Assembly (NCBI GenBank): GCA_964244895.1
Contig: CAXTKV010000010.1
Location: forward strand, 12,053 to 51,564
Reading direction: 5' to 3'
Length of the DNA: 39,512 nucleotides
Source of the DNA: an uncultured Deinococcales bacterium
Lineage (GTDB): Bacteria > Deinococcota > Deinococci > Deinococcales > JAAFIG01
Position 1 is the first letter of the stretch. The number at the start of each line of letters is the position of its first letter. The notes below the pieces were generated by a model. The model was not told where the DNA came from, ran no database searches, and was given only the letters and a program-made list of their open reading frames with translations. Positions 1-8,681 of this stretch are shown piece by piece. The position numbers were made by a program, and so were the translations under genes.

Positions 1-601
1 AGTGCAGTTTCGAGACCACGCACGAACCGTCGGGGCGCACGTCCAGCACGCGCAAGCGCTCGCCGCGACGCACGCGCAGCCCCGCAGTGCGCTCGAGCTG
101 CTCGAGATTGCCGAGCAACTGGCGCACTTGGCCGTCCATCTCGAGCGAGACGATGCCCGCGCCCGTGGCGTCGAAATCCGTTTCGGCTCGCGCTTCGCCC
201 ATCACGGCGCTTTCGAGGGTTCTGGCGGGTCTGGAGGCGAACGCGAACAGGGATTCAAAGTACGGGCGCACCAGCCAGAACTCGAACGCCAACCCGCCCA
301 GCGCGGCCACGACGATGGTCAGCGCCGTCGGCAGCGCGCCATCGACCACCAGCCCGACCGCTCCAAAGCCCAGCGCCAGACTGAAGATCGCGCGAGGCGA
401 GGCCAGCATCAGCATCTTCTGAGCGACGCCGCTCTGGTGCGCGCCGTGCGCACCGCGATGCAGCGCGCGGCTCGAGTTCGTGTGACCCGAATGACCGCGT
501 CCCGAATGCGCGTGGCCCGAGGTGTGCCCACCGTGCGAGACGCCCAACAACGCCATACCGACCAAGCCGACCAGCCCGAGCATCATCGCCGTGAGGAACA
601 T
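1..601 (-). CDS. NfeD-like membrane protein (His/Gly-rich loop, TM helices, C-terminal OB-fold-like region); 3' end at or just beyond the window edge
   Basis: Not in the ORF track because it has no stop in the window. Manual translation from ATG 601: MFLTAMMLGLVGLVGMALLGVSHGGHTSGHAHSG...SPRAIFSLALGFGAVG...GEARAETDFDATGAGIVSLEMDGQVRQLLG...RRGERLRVLDVRPDGSCVVSKLH. GGAGG upstream. Layout resembles NfeD/flotillin-partner proteins. Confidence 0.65.
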   Translation of the reverse strand, partial: MFLTAMMLGLVGLVGMALLGVSHGGHTSGHAHSGRGHSGHTNSSRALHRGAHGAHQSGVAQKMLMLASPRAIFSLALGFGAVGLVVDGALPTALTIVVAALGGLAFEFWLVRPYFESLFAFASRPARTLESAVMGEARAETDFDATGAGIVSLEMDGQVRQLLGNLEQLERTAGLRVRRGERLRVLDVRPDGSCVVSKLH

Positions 602-635
602 GGTGTCGCGAGCCTCCCGACTCGCTTCACTCCAT

Positions 636-662
636 TACGCGGCGTTTTTCAAAAAGGTTTCC
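636..662 (-). promoter_or_regulatory. putative ECF (SigW-like) sigma promoter GAAACC-N16-CGTA
   Basis: Minus strand reads GGAAACCtttttgaaaaacgccgCGTAatgg upstream of the NfeD-like gene; similar to the SigW-type TGAAAC-N16-CGTA consensus. Confidence 0.5.
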
Positions 663-797
663 ACTCAGTGCGCACAAAACCCGATTTCTCGAGACATTCT
701 CCGAATCCGTTCAGAAGCGAAAACGTGCAGGATTTGGCTGTCAGTTCTATCTTTTAGGGTGTGTTGACCGCATTTTATAAAGCGGAGATAAAACCGC

Positions 798-856
798 AAA
801 GACCGTCCAGTACGCATTCCTTGCGACTCGAGAAAACGCGTGCAGCGCGGTGTTCT
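798..856. repeat. dispersed palindromic repeat family A, copy 1 (degenerate)
   Basis: aaagaccgtccagtacgc ... ctcgag ... gcgtgcagcgcggtgttct. Confidence 0.7.
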
Positions 857-863
857 CTGAGGG

Positions 864-1808
<945 letters not shown>

Positions 1809-1856
1809 GTTTGTAAAGTACCGCGAAAAACCGACGGACGAGCGCCATTTCCGCCA

Positions 1857-1915
1857 GGACGCCGTCCGGGACGGCGTTCTTGGGATCTCGAGGAGCGTCG
1901 TCCGGGACGGTGTTT
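1857..1915. repeat. repeat family A, copy 2 (two palindromic units around CTCGAG)
   Basis: ggacgccgtccgggacggcgttct-tgggatctcgagg-agcgtcgtccgggacggtgttt. Confidence 0.8.
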
Positions 1916-1926
1916 ACGAACAGTTC

Positions 1927-1954
1927 GGCCCGAGATTTCAGGCCCGAGATTTCA
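1927..1954. repeat. 14-bp tandem duplication
   Basis: ggcccgagatttca x2; the second copy contains the stop codon of the neighbouring membrane-protein gene. Confidence 0.8.
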
Positions 1955-2458
1955 GGTTCTGGGCGCGCCCAAAAGCGCGCCGAAGGCGTACAGCACGACC
2001 AGCGCCAGGATCGGCACGGCCAGCACCACGCGCCACGCCTGGGCTCGCCCGACGAGTTCATCCACGCCGACCCAGACGAAGTACAGGCTCATGCCCAAGG
2101 CCACCAGCATCACCACCGGCCCCAGGATGGGTACGAAGAATCCGAGCGTGCCGAAGATCAGCAATCCGTACAGCACGGGCGTCAGGCTGTAACCGACGAT
2201 TTCCGGGGCGCGCACGTCGTTGCTGAATCCGGCCACCAACCGCACCAACGCCACCAGCACGATCACCGACACCAGCCCGAGCGAGACCTGGCGCACGAAC
2301 CACGCGCCCTTGTCCTGAAAATCGTAGAACATCACGGGGATCAGGCAACCGAGCAGCACCACGATCACGGACACGCGGATCGGGCCGAACAGGTTCTGTT
2401 CGCGGTCGCGCAGGTCGCGAAAAAAAGCCCTGGGTTTCAGCAGGTCTTCGGGAGGCAT
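1952..2458 (-). CDS. multi-pass membrane protein, possibly Yip1-like
   Basis: 4-5 hydrophobic segments; N-terminal KPRAFFRDL resembles Yip1 family starts. ATG 2458 is preceded by TAGACT-N6 (leaderless). Confidence 0.7.
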   Translation of the reverse strand: MPPEDLLKPRAFFRDLRDREQNLFGPIRVSVIVVLLGCLIPVMFYDFQDKGAWFVRQVSLGLVSVIVLVALVRLVAGFSNDVRAPEIVGYSLTPVLYGLLIFGTLGFFVPILGPVVMLVALGMSLYFVWVGVDELVGRAQAWRVVLAVPILALVVLYAFGALLGAPRT

Positions 2459-2520
2459 CAAATCAGTCTACCTACCCGCAAAGCGACACAACGCGCGGCG
2501 CGAGACAATTGGCGCACCAC

Positions 2521-2568
2521 GAACACCGTCCCAGACGCATTCTGTCGGTGCCATCCGGGACGGTGTTT
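2521..2568. repeat. repeat family A, copy 3
   Basis: gaacaccgtcccagacgca ... tgccatccgggacggtgttt. Confidence 0.8.
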
Positions 2569-2648
2569 ACGGATCCACGCGCATTGAGCAAAAACTGGGC
2601 TTTGCATCGTCATGGACGCGGGCTGGATCGCTATACTGTCCGCTAAAT

Positions 2649-4100
2649 ATGCGCGCACCCAGAGCATCAGAATCCGTATCGTTCCAACTCAACGGCCACG
2701 AGGTCTACCTCGAGAACGCGCCGTTCGAGACGACCCTGCTGCAATTCATCCGCGCGCAGGGCTTGTGCGGCACCAAAGAGGGTTGCAACGAGGGCGATTG
2801 CGGCGCGTGCACGGTCGCGCTTCTGGAACCCGGCCCGGACGGGCGCAACCGCTACACGGCCATCAACTCGTGCCTGATGCTCGCGCCGATGGCGGCGGGA
2901 CTGGAGGTCTGGACGGCGGAAGGCATTGCCGGGAAAAACCCGCTGGGTCACGAGCTGCATCCCGTCCAGCGCGAGATGGCCGTCCGGGGCGGCTCGCAGT
3001 GCGGCTACTGCACGCCGGGGTTCGTGATGAGTTTATTCGCGGAGTATTACCGCGAGAGCCGAAGCGCGCAGCATGGCGGTTTCGACGAGGGCGCGCTGGT
3101 CGGCAACCTCTGCCGCTGCACGGGCTACCGACCGATCCGCGAGGCCGCCCACGCGCTCGGCGCGCCGGAAAACGATGCCTTCACCGAGCGCGCCAGCAAA
3201 GCCAAACTCGCGCGGCACACGCTGGTCTACGACGGGTTCTACCGACCCAGCACGCTGGATGGCGTCGTCAGCTTGCTGAACGCCATCGATGGCGCGCGGT
3301 TGATCGCGGGCGGTACCGACCTGGCGCTCGAGGCGACGACCGCCTTCAAAGCCCTCGGGCCGGTCATCAGCATCGATGCGATTCCCGAATTGCACGTCGT
3401 GATCGACACGCCGGACTTCATCGAGATCGGGGCCGCCGCGCCTTTGTCCCGGCTCGAGACGGAGTTCAGAGGAATCGTGCCCTTGTTTGATGCGCTCTGG
3501 CCGTGGTTCGCGTCCAGGCAGATTCGCAACCGCGCCACGCTCGGCGGCAACCTGGGCACGGCCAGCCCGATCGGGGATGCGCCCGTCGTGCTGCTGGCCC
3601 TCGAAGCCAGCGTGATCGCGCTCGGGGTTCACGGCGAACGCACCATTCCGGTCGCGGATTTCTTTGAAGGCTACCGCCAGACCGCGCTTCAAAAAGCCGA
3701 GATGATCAAGGCCGTGCGCGTTCCCAAACGCCGCCCGCCCGGAACCGCGAGGCGTTTCGAGGCCGTCTACAAGGTCGCCAAACGCGGTCACGACGATATT
3801 TCCACCGTCATGAGCGCCATGGTGGTTCACCTGGACGACCACAACAACGTCATCCGCGCCCGCCTCGCCTTCGGCGGCGTGGCCGCCATTCCCGAGCGCG
3901 CCCTCGAGACGGAACTGGCGCTGGCGGGCCGCCCGTGGAACCGCGAGACGATCACGGATGCGAAGAAAGTGCTGGCCTCCGAATTCCAGCCGATCTCCGA
4001 TTTTCGCGCCAGCAGCGCGTACCGCGACCGCCTGATCGTCAACCTCCTCGAGAAGTTCTACCTCGAGCATCCCATCGAAGATTTCGAGGTGGTGCTGTGA
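2649..4100 (+). CDS. xdhA: xanthine dehydrogenase small subunit (two [2Fe-2S] clusters + FAD)
   Basis: GTKEGCNEGDCGACTV, AINSC, QCGYCTPGF, GNLCRCTGYRPI, IAGGTDL, FASRQIRNRATLGGN, KVAKR..DDIS, PISDFRAS..YR. Confidence 0.95.
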   Translation: MRAPRASESVSFQLNGHEVYLENAPFETTLLQFIRAQGLCGTKEGCNEGDCGACTVALLEPGPDGRNRYTAINSCLMLAPMAAGLEVWTAEGIAGKNPLGHELHPVQREMAVRGGSQCGYCTPGFVMSLFAEYYRESRSAQHGGFDEGALVGNLCRCTGYRPIREAAHALGAPENDAFTERASKAKLARHTLVYDGFYRPSTLDGVVSLLNAIDGARLIAGGTDLALEATTAFKALGPVISIDAIPELHVVIDTPDFIEIGAAAPLSRLETEFRGIVPLFDALWPWFASRQIRNRATLGGNLGTASPIGDAPVVLLALEASVIALGVHGERTIPVADFFEGYRQTALQKAEMIKAVRVPKRRPPGTARRFEAVYKVAKRGHDDISTVMSAMVVHLDDHNNVIRARLAFGGVAAIPERALETELALAGRPWNRETITDAKKVLASEFQPISDFRASSAYRDRLIVNLLEKFYLEHPIEDFEVVL

Positions 4101-4282
4101 ACCCGCATTCAGCCGCACCGTCCAGCGCAATCTTTTTTGATATCACAAGAACACCGTGCTGGACGGTGTTCTCAGGGGACACGACTTTGGTTTCCCTCCG
4201 TCTCTCGGGGCGCAAAAGAGGTGAGGCTCGAGCCACCTGCCGCGTTTACGCGAAAAGCTCGAAGCTCGAGGTGATGGCGTGA
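4097..4282 (+). CDS. putative 61-aa bridging mini-ORF coupling xdhA to xdhB
   Basis: GTG 4097 overlaps the xdhA TGA (GTGA) and has GAGGTG upstream; no stop until TGA 4280-4282, which overlaps the xdhB GTG. Contains repeat family A. Translation is inferred only. Confidence 0.4.
   Translation: MNPHSAAPSSAIFFDITRTPCWTVFSGDTTLVSLRLSGRKRGEARATCRVYAKSSKLEVMA
4115..4172. repeat. repeat family A, copy 4
   Basis: gcaccgtccagcgcaa ... agaacaccgtgctggacggtgttct (complete palindromic unit at 4148-4172). Confidence 0.85.
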
Positions 4283-6630
4283 AACCCGTCGGTCAGGCCG
4301 TGCCGCACGAGAGCGCGAACGCGCACGTCAGCGGGCAGGCGCGCTACACGGGCGATCTGCCCGAGGCAAAAAACATGCTGATCGCCTGGCCCGTGCAAGC
4401 TCCGCACGCGCGCGCAAAAATCATCAAGCTCGAGACATCGCACGCGATGGAGGTTCCGGGCGTGGTGGCCGTGCTGACCGCCCGAGACGTTCCCGGCGAG
4501 AACAACGTCGGCCCGATCCGGCACGACGAACCCCTGTTCCCCGACGAGATCGAGTACCACGGGCAGGCGGTCTGTTGGGTACTGGCCGAATCCGACGCGG
4601 CGGCGCGGGCCGGAGCCGCGAGGATCAACGTCGAATACGAGGTGCTCGAGCCCGTGCTGAGCATCCAGAACGCCATTTCCGCCAGGAGCTACCACATCGA
4701 CGCGCTGCATTTTTCGCGGGGTAACGCCAGGGGCGCGTTCGAAAAGGCCTACAGCACCCTGGAAGGCAGGTTTGACATCGGCGGGCAGGATCACTTTTAC
4801 CTCGAGACGCACGCCAGCCTGGCGCTTCTGGACGAGGAAGGCCAATTCCTGGTGCATTCCAGCACGCAGCACCCATCCGAGACGCAGGCGGTCGTGGCCC
4901 GCGTGCTGGGCGTGACGCGCAACCGCGTGACCGTCCAGAGCTTGCGCATGGGCGGCGGTTTCGGCGGCAAGGAAACCCAGGCCAACCCGTTTGCCAGCAT
5001 CGCGGCGCTGGGCGTGCAAAAAACCGGGCGTCCGGTGCGCGTGCGGTTGAATCGCCACCAGGACATGCAACTGACCGGCAAGCGCCACCCGTTCCAGGCG
5101 CATTACCGGGTCGGTTTCGACCGGGATGGCGGGCTGGAATCGCTCGAGGTGGAACTCTACGCGGACGGCGGCTGGAGCCTGGACTTATCGGAAGCCGTGC
5201 TGCTGCGCGCCTGCGTTCACGTGGACAACGCGTACTTCATCCCGAACGTGGACGTGATCGGGCGGGTCTGCAAGACCAACAAGACCTCCCACACGGCCTT
5301 CCGGGGCTTCGGCGGGCCGCAGGGCATCTTGGTGATCGAGGAAATCATCGACCGCGTGGCGCGCACGCTGAACTTGCGCCCGGACGAGGTGCGCGAGCGC
5401 AACTTTTACCGCGCCAACCCGGACGGAAGCCTCGGCGATGCCAGCACCACCCACTACGGTCAAGTCATCAGGGACAACCGCATCCACCGCGTCTGGCACG
5501 ACTTGAAAACCAACAGCCACTTTGAAGCCCGCCACCGCGAACTCGAGCACGCCAACCAGCAGCACGCTTACAAACGGCGCGGGTTGGCGATCACGCCCGT
5601 CAAGTTCGGGATCTCGTTCAACACGATCTTCTTGAATCAAGCTGGGGCGCTGGTGCACATTTTTGAAGACGGCAGCGTCCAGGTCAACCACGGCGGCACC
5701 GAGATGGGTCAGGGCTTGCACACCAAAATCCGCCAGATCGCCGCGCAGGCGCTCGGCGTGAAGCTCGAGATGGTGCGGGTCACGCCGACGCGCACGGACA
5801 AGGTTCCGAACACCAGCGCCACCGCCGCGTCATCTGGAACCGACCTGAACGGAGCCGCCGTCAAGAACGCCTGCGAGACGCTGCGAGGACGCCTGGCGAC
5901 CATCGCGGCGCAGATGTTCCCGAATCCCGTCAGCCCGGACGATCTCGAGTTTGCGGACGGTCAAATCGGCATTCTGGGCAGCGACGCCTCCCAACTCGAG
6001 TTTCAGGCCGTGGTGGACGCCGCGTACCACGCTCGGGTCAGCCTCTCCTCCACCGGGTTTTACCGCACGCCAGAAATTCATTTCGACAAGGCCAGAGGCA
6101 AGGGCGCACCCTTCCGCTATTTTTCTTACGGCGCTGCCGTCAGCGAAGTCGAAGTGGACGGCCTGACCGGGGAATGGGCGTTGCGCCGCGTGGACATCCT
6201 GCACGACGTGGGCGATTCGTTGAATCCCTTGATCGACCTGGGGCAAATCGAAGGCGGGTTCGTTCAGGGCATGGGCTGGTTGACCTTCGAGGAACTGCAC
6301 TGGGACGACACGGGGCGCTTGCGCACCTTCGCGCCCAGCACCTACAAGATTCCCACGATGGCGGACGTGCCCGTCGAATTCAACGCGCGCCTCGCGCCCA
6401 GAGACCCGGAACCCGGCGTGGTTTACGGCGGTAAGGCCGTCGGAGAACCCCCGTTGATGCTCGCCATCAGCGTGCGAGAAGCCATCAAGGACGCTATCAG
6501 CGCCTTCGGGCCGAGGGAAGGCGGCCCAATCGAACTCCTCAGTCCCGCCACGCCGGAAGCGATCCTGTGGGCCGTAGAGAGGGTTCAGGCGAAGCTCGAG
6601 ACGAAACAGGACGCGATTCCGGCGGATTGA
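4279..6630 (+). CDS. xdhB: xanthine dehydrogenase molybdopterin-binding subunit
   Basis: GQDHFYLETH, SSTQHPSE, RMGGGFGGKETQ, TAFRGFGGPQG, GGTEMGQGLHTK, PNTSATAASSGTDLNG, GQIEGGFVQGMG, KAVGEPP. GTG start with GAGGTG SD. Confidence 0.96.
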   Translation: MKPVGQAVPHESANAHVSGQARYTGDLPEAKNMLIAWPVQAPHARAKIIKLETSHAMEVPGVVAVLTARDVPGENNVGPIRHDEPLFPDEIEYHGQAVCWVLAESDAAARAGAARINVEYEVLEPVLSIQNAISARSYHIDALHFSRGNARGAFEKAYSTLEGRFDIGGQDHFYLETHASLALLDEEGQFLVHSSTQHPSETQAVVARVLGVTRNRVTVQSLRMGGGFGGKETQANPFASIAALGVQKTGRPVRVRLNRHQDMQLTGKRHPFQAHYRVGFDRDGGLESLEVELYADGGWSLDLSEAVLLRACVHVDNAYFIPNVDVIGRVCKTNKTSHTAFRGFGGPQGILVIEEIIDRVARTLNLRPDEVRERNFYRANPDGSLGDASTTHYGQVIRDNRIHRVWHDLKTNSHFEARHRELEHANQQHAYKRRGLAITPVKFGISFNTIFLNQAGALVHIFEDGSVQVNHGGTEMGQGLHTKIRQIAAQALGVKLEMVRVTPTRTDKVPNTSATAASSGTDLNGAAVKNACETLRGRLATIAAQMFPNPVSPDDLEFADGQIGILGSDASQLEFQAVVDAAYHARVSLSSTGFYRTPEIHFDKARGKGAPFRYFSYGAAVSEVEVDGLTGEWALRRVDILHDVGDSLNPLIDLGQIEGGFVQGMGWLTFEELHWDDTGRLRTFAPSTYKIPTMADVPVEFNARLAPRDPEPGVVYGGKAVGEPPLMLAISVREAIKDAISAFGPREGGPIELLSPATPEAILWAVERVQAKLETKQDAIPAD

Positions 6631-6636
6631 TTCCTG

Positions 6637-6696
6637 AAAACACCGCCCAGCATGCAAATTCTGGCTTCTCGAGGAGCCGCGTCCCAGACGGAGTTT
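6637..6696. repeat. repeat family A, copy 5
   Basis: aaaacaccgcccagcatgc-aaattctggcttctcgagg-..gcgtcccagacggagttt; spacer nearly identical to copy 7. Confidence 0.8.
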
Positions 6697-6723
6697 GCCC
6701 GCGCATGAACTCGAGGTATCACG

Positions 6724-7167
6724 ATGGCGAAGCGCTCGAAGAGCGACGAACATTACGTGCTGAACTTGTGCGACGAACTGCTCGGGCTTCAAGCACAACG
6801 CCAGTATGCACATTTTGATTTCTTGCGCGGCGATGCCGGACATCGCCTGCGCGTAGATGCGTATTACGAGCCGTTCAAGTTGGTGATCGAGTGTTTCGAG
6901 ACGCAGCATTCGAAGCCAACACCGTTCTTCGATAAGCCTGAACGCATGACTGTCAGTGGCGTAACGCGCGGTGTACAACGCCAAATCTACGATCAGAGGC
7001 GGCGCGATCTGCTGCCCCAGAACGGTATTCACTTGATCGAGATCAGTTACGCGGAACTCGAACACCACAAAAGCGGCAAGCTCAAACGGTTGCTCTTAGA
7101 AGATTCACGCATCCTACAAGAAAAACTGGTTCTATGGTTGAATACCCATCCTAAATCGCCCAGTTGA
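6724..7167 (+). CDS. putative Vsr/DUF559-like PD-(D/E)xK nuclease
   Basis: Pattern E..V...C..L, LRVDAYY...KLVIE....QH, YDQRRRDLL..NGIHLIEI resembles Vsr/DUF559-type endonucleases. GAGGT SD. Visibly more AT-rich than its neighbours. Confidence 0.65.
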   Translation: MAKRSKSDEHYVLNLCDELLGLQAQRQYAHFDFLRGDAGHRLRVDAYYEPFKLVIECFETQHSKPTPFFDKPERMTVSGVTRGVQRQIYDQRRRDLLPQNGIHLIEISYAELEHHKSGKLKRLLLEDSRILQEKLVLWLNTHPKSPS

Positions 7168-7174
7168 ATCTTTA

Positions 7175-7222
7175 GAACACCGTCCAGCGCGCATTCCTAA
7201 GCTCGCGTGCTGGACGGTGTTC
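7175..7222. repeat. repeat family A, copy 6 (near-perfect hairpin between convergent genes)
   Basis: gaacaccgtccagcgcgc-N12-gcgtgctggacggtgttc. Confidence 0.9.
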
Positions 7223-7229
7223 CGCTCAA

Positions 7230-7451
7230 TCAGCGTCTATCTTGCGCCGTGCTGAGCGTGTACACGTACCCGACCAGCAACGACATCAACACCAGATACA
7301 CCAACCGCAAGCCGATCAGGTGCGGCCCGCCGAAGCCCACGAAGTAATCGAACGCCAGCGTCGCCAGCACCAATCCCGCCAGGCCGAAACCGACAGCGCT
7401 CTGGTGGCGTTCCACGAAACGGCGCAGCCCAGATTCAGTTGCTCGAGTCAT
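7230..7451 (-). CDS. small 2-TM membrane protein downstream of the rhodopsin
   Basis: 73 aa with two hydrophobic helices; GGAGG SD; ATG lies 12 nt after the rhodopsin stop. Confidence 0.7.
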   Translation of the reverse strand: MTRATESGLRRFVERHQSAVGFGLAGLVLATLAFDYFVGFGGPHLIGLRLVYLVLMSLLVGYVYTLSTAQDRR

Positions 7452-7463
7452 ACGAACCTCCGT

Positions 7464-8315
7464 TCAGTCGCCCGCCGCGATGGTGGCATCGCTGGCCTTG
7501 ATGCCGCCCTCAGCTTTGGTTTTCTCGAGCGCGATGAAGTAGATCAGCGTGCCGAACCCGGCCTTGGCGATCATGTCCGCCAGGCTGTACCCGACCTGCA
7601 CCGCGACCACGCCGCTGGCCGAGAGACCACCGAAGAGAATCGGCAACAGGTAGGCGATCGGGTAGAAGCCCCACGATCCGATCAAGAGCAAGCGCAGGTT
7701 GCGCACCAGCACTTGAACGCGTTCCGGCTGGCGCTCGAGCGATCTGCCGAGTTCGACGAAGAGCGTGTAGACGATGTAGATGAACGGGATCGTGCTGAGC
7801 GTGCCCCACAGCAAGCGCGTGCCCGTGTCCCCGGAGATCTCGCCGGGGTAGCCCAGGACGATCATGGCGAAGGCCGCGATCACCAAACGCCCGATCATGC
7901 CTGCGGCGACGTTGCTGGCGAGCGCGAGAACGGCGACGGTTTCGACCAGCAAAAGCGGTACGGTCAGCACCCAGTCGGCGTAGCGGTAGGCGTCGTTGAA
8001 GGGAACGCCGGTGGCTTTGTAGACGCCGTTGGTCAGGGCGTAGGCCTCGTTCCAGGAGTTGAAGATGCGGAAGTAGTGGTAGCAGGCGACGGCCACGACC
8101 AACGCGGAGACGAGCATGGCTGGTTGGTATTTTACGCCGAGGTTCTGGCGTCCCAAGACGAAAAAGATGAATGCTGCACCCATCGTGGCGATGGTAATGG
8201 AGAACAGTTGGTAAATCAGTCCGAATTGGCCGGGGCTGAGTTCGAGTGGTACGGCGAAAGCGGCGTTGCTGAGTACGATTGCGCTCACGACCAGCGGAAC
8301 AACGAATTTTTTCAT
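7464..8315 (-). CDS. microbial rhodopsin, xanthorhodopsin/Gloeobacter-rhodopsin type, DTE proton pump, with N-terminal signal peptide
   Basis: Helix B YHYFRIFNSW; helix C FNDAYRYADWVLTVPLLLVE (D-T-E); GYPGEI; helix E WGTLSTIPF; WGFYPIAY; helix G DMIAK (Schiff-base Lys). GGGAGG SD. Confidence 0.96.
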   Translation of the reverse strand: MKKFVVPLVVSAIVLSNAAFAVPLELSPGQFGLIYQLFSITIATMGAAFIFFVLGRQNLGVKYQPAMLVSALVVAVACYHYFRIFNSWNEAYALTNGVYKATGVPFNDAYRYADWVLTVPLLLVETVAVLALASNVAAGMIGRLVIAAFAMIVLGYPGEISGDTGTRLLWGTLSTIPFIYIVYTLFVELGRSLERQPERVQVLVRNLRLLLIGSWGFYPIAYLLPILFGGLSASGVVAVQVGYSLADMIAKAGFGTLIYFIALEKTKAEGGIKASDATIAAGD

Positions 8316-8327
8316 AAAGCGCCTCCC

Positions 8328-8409
8328 GTAACACCTTGATAAGAATCAGACGAAAACCTCCGAGCCTCAAACTCGAGGTTCAGTCCGTCTAAATCAGAAA
8401 TGGCGTTAC
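8328..8409 (-). promoter_or_regulatory. long imperfect hairpin directly upstream of the rhodopsin SD
   Basis: Nested pairs on the plus strand: gtaacacc/ggcgttac, tgat/atca, agacg/cgtct, aacctc/gaggtt. Confidence 0.4.
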
Positions 8410-8572
8410 TGGTGAAAGGCTAATCCTCTTTATGGTTTGTTTGTGAGGGACATTGCTACTATCTGATTTGTTTCAGCGCTTCAATTGAATTGTGTCGCGA
8501 AGGACAGATGAGCGGTGTTTTGCCAGCTTTTTGCACGAGCTTTCCGGGCCGATGCTGAATTGCGCGTGCTTC

Positions 8573-8634
8573 GAGAACACCGTTCAGCACGCAAATTCTG
8601 GCTTCTCGAGAAACGCGTCCTGGACGGTGTTCTC
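8573..8634. repeat. repeat family A, copy 7
   Basis: gagaacaccgttcagcacgc-aaattctggcttctcgagaaac-gcgtcctggacggtgttctc. Confidence 0.9.
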
Positions 8635-8681
8635 TCGCGCACGTCCCGTCTCGAATCCATCAACTGCGGTACGCTTGAAGC

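Noticed and set aside
2..757. 251-aa plus-strand ORF and the other long antisense or shifted ORFs in the track (e.g. 1020-2192, 5830-7068, 18934-20397, 26904-28304, 31209-32564, 37874-39034)
   Set aside because: They overlap well-supported genes, are Arg/Ala/Pro-rich with no motifs, and are typical shadow ORFs of GC-rich DNA.
6627..6818. TTG-started frame overlapping the xdhB stop
   Set aside because: It runs about 95 nt into the nuclease gene out of frame instead of ending at its start; the nuclease has its own SD.
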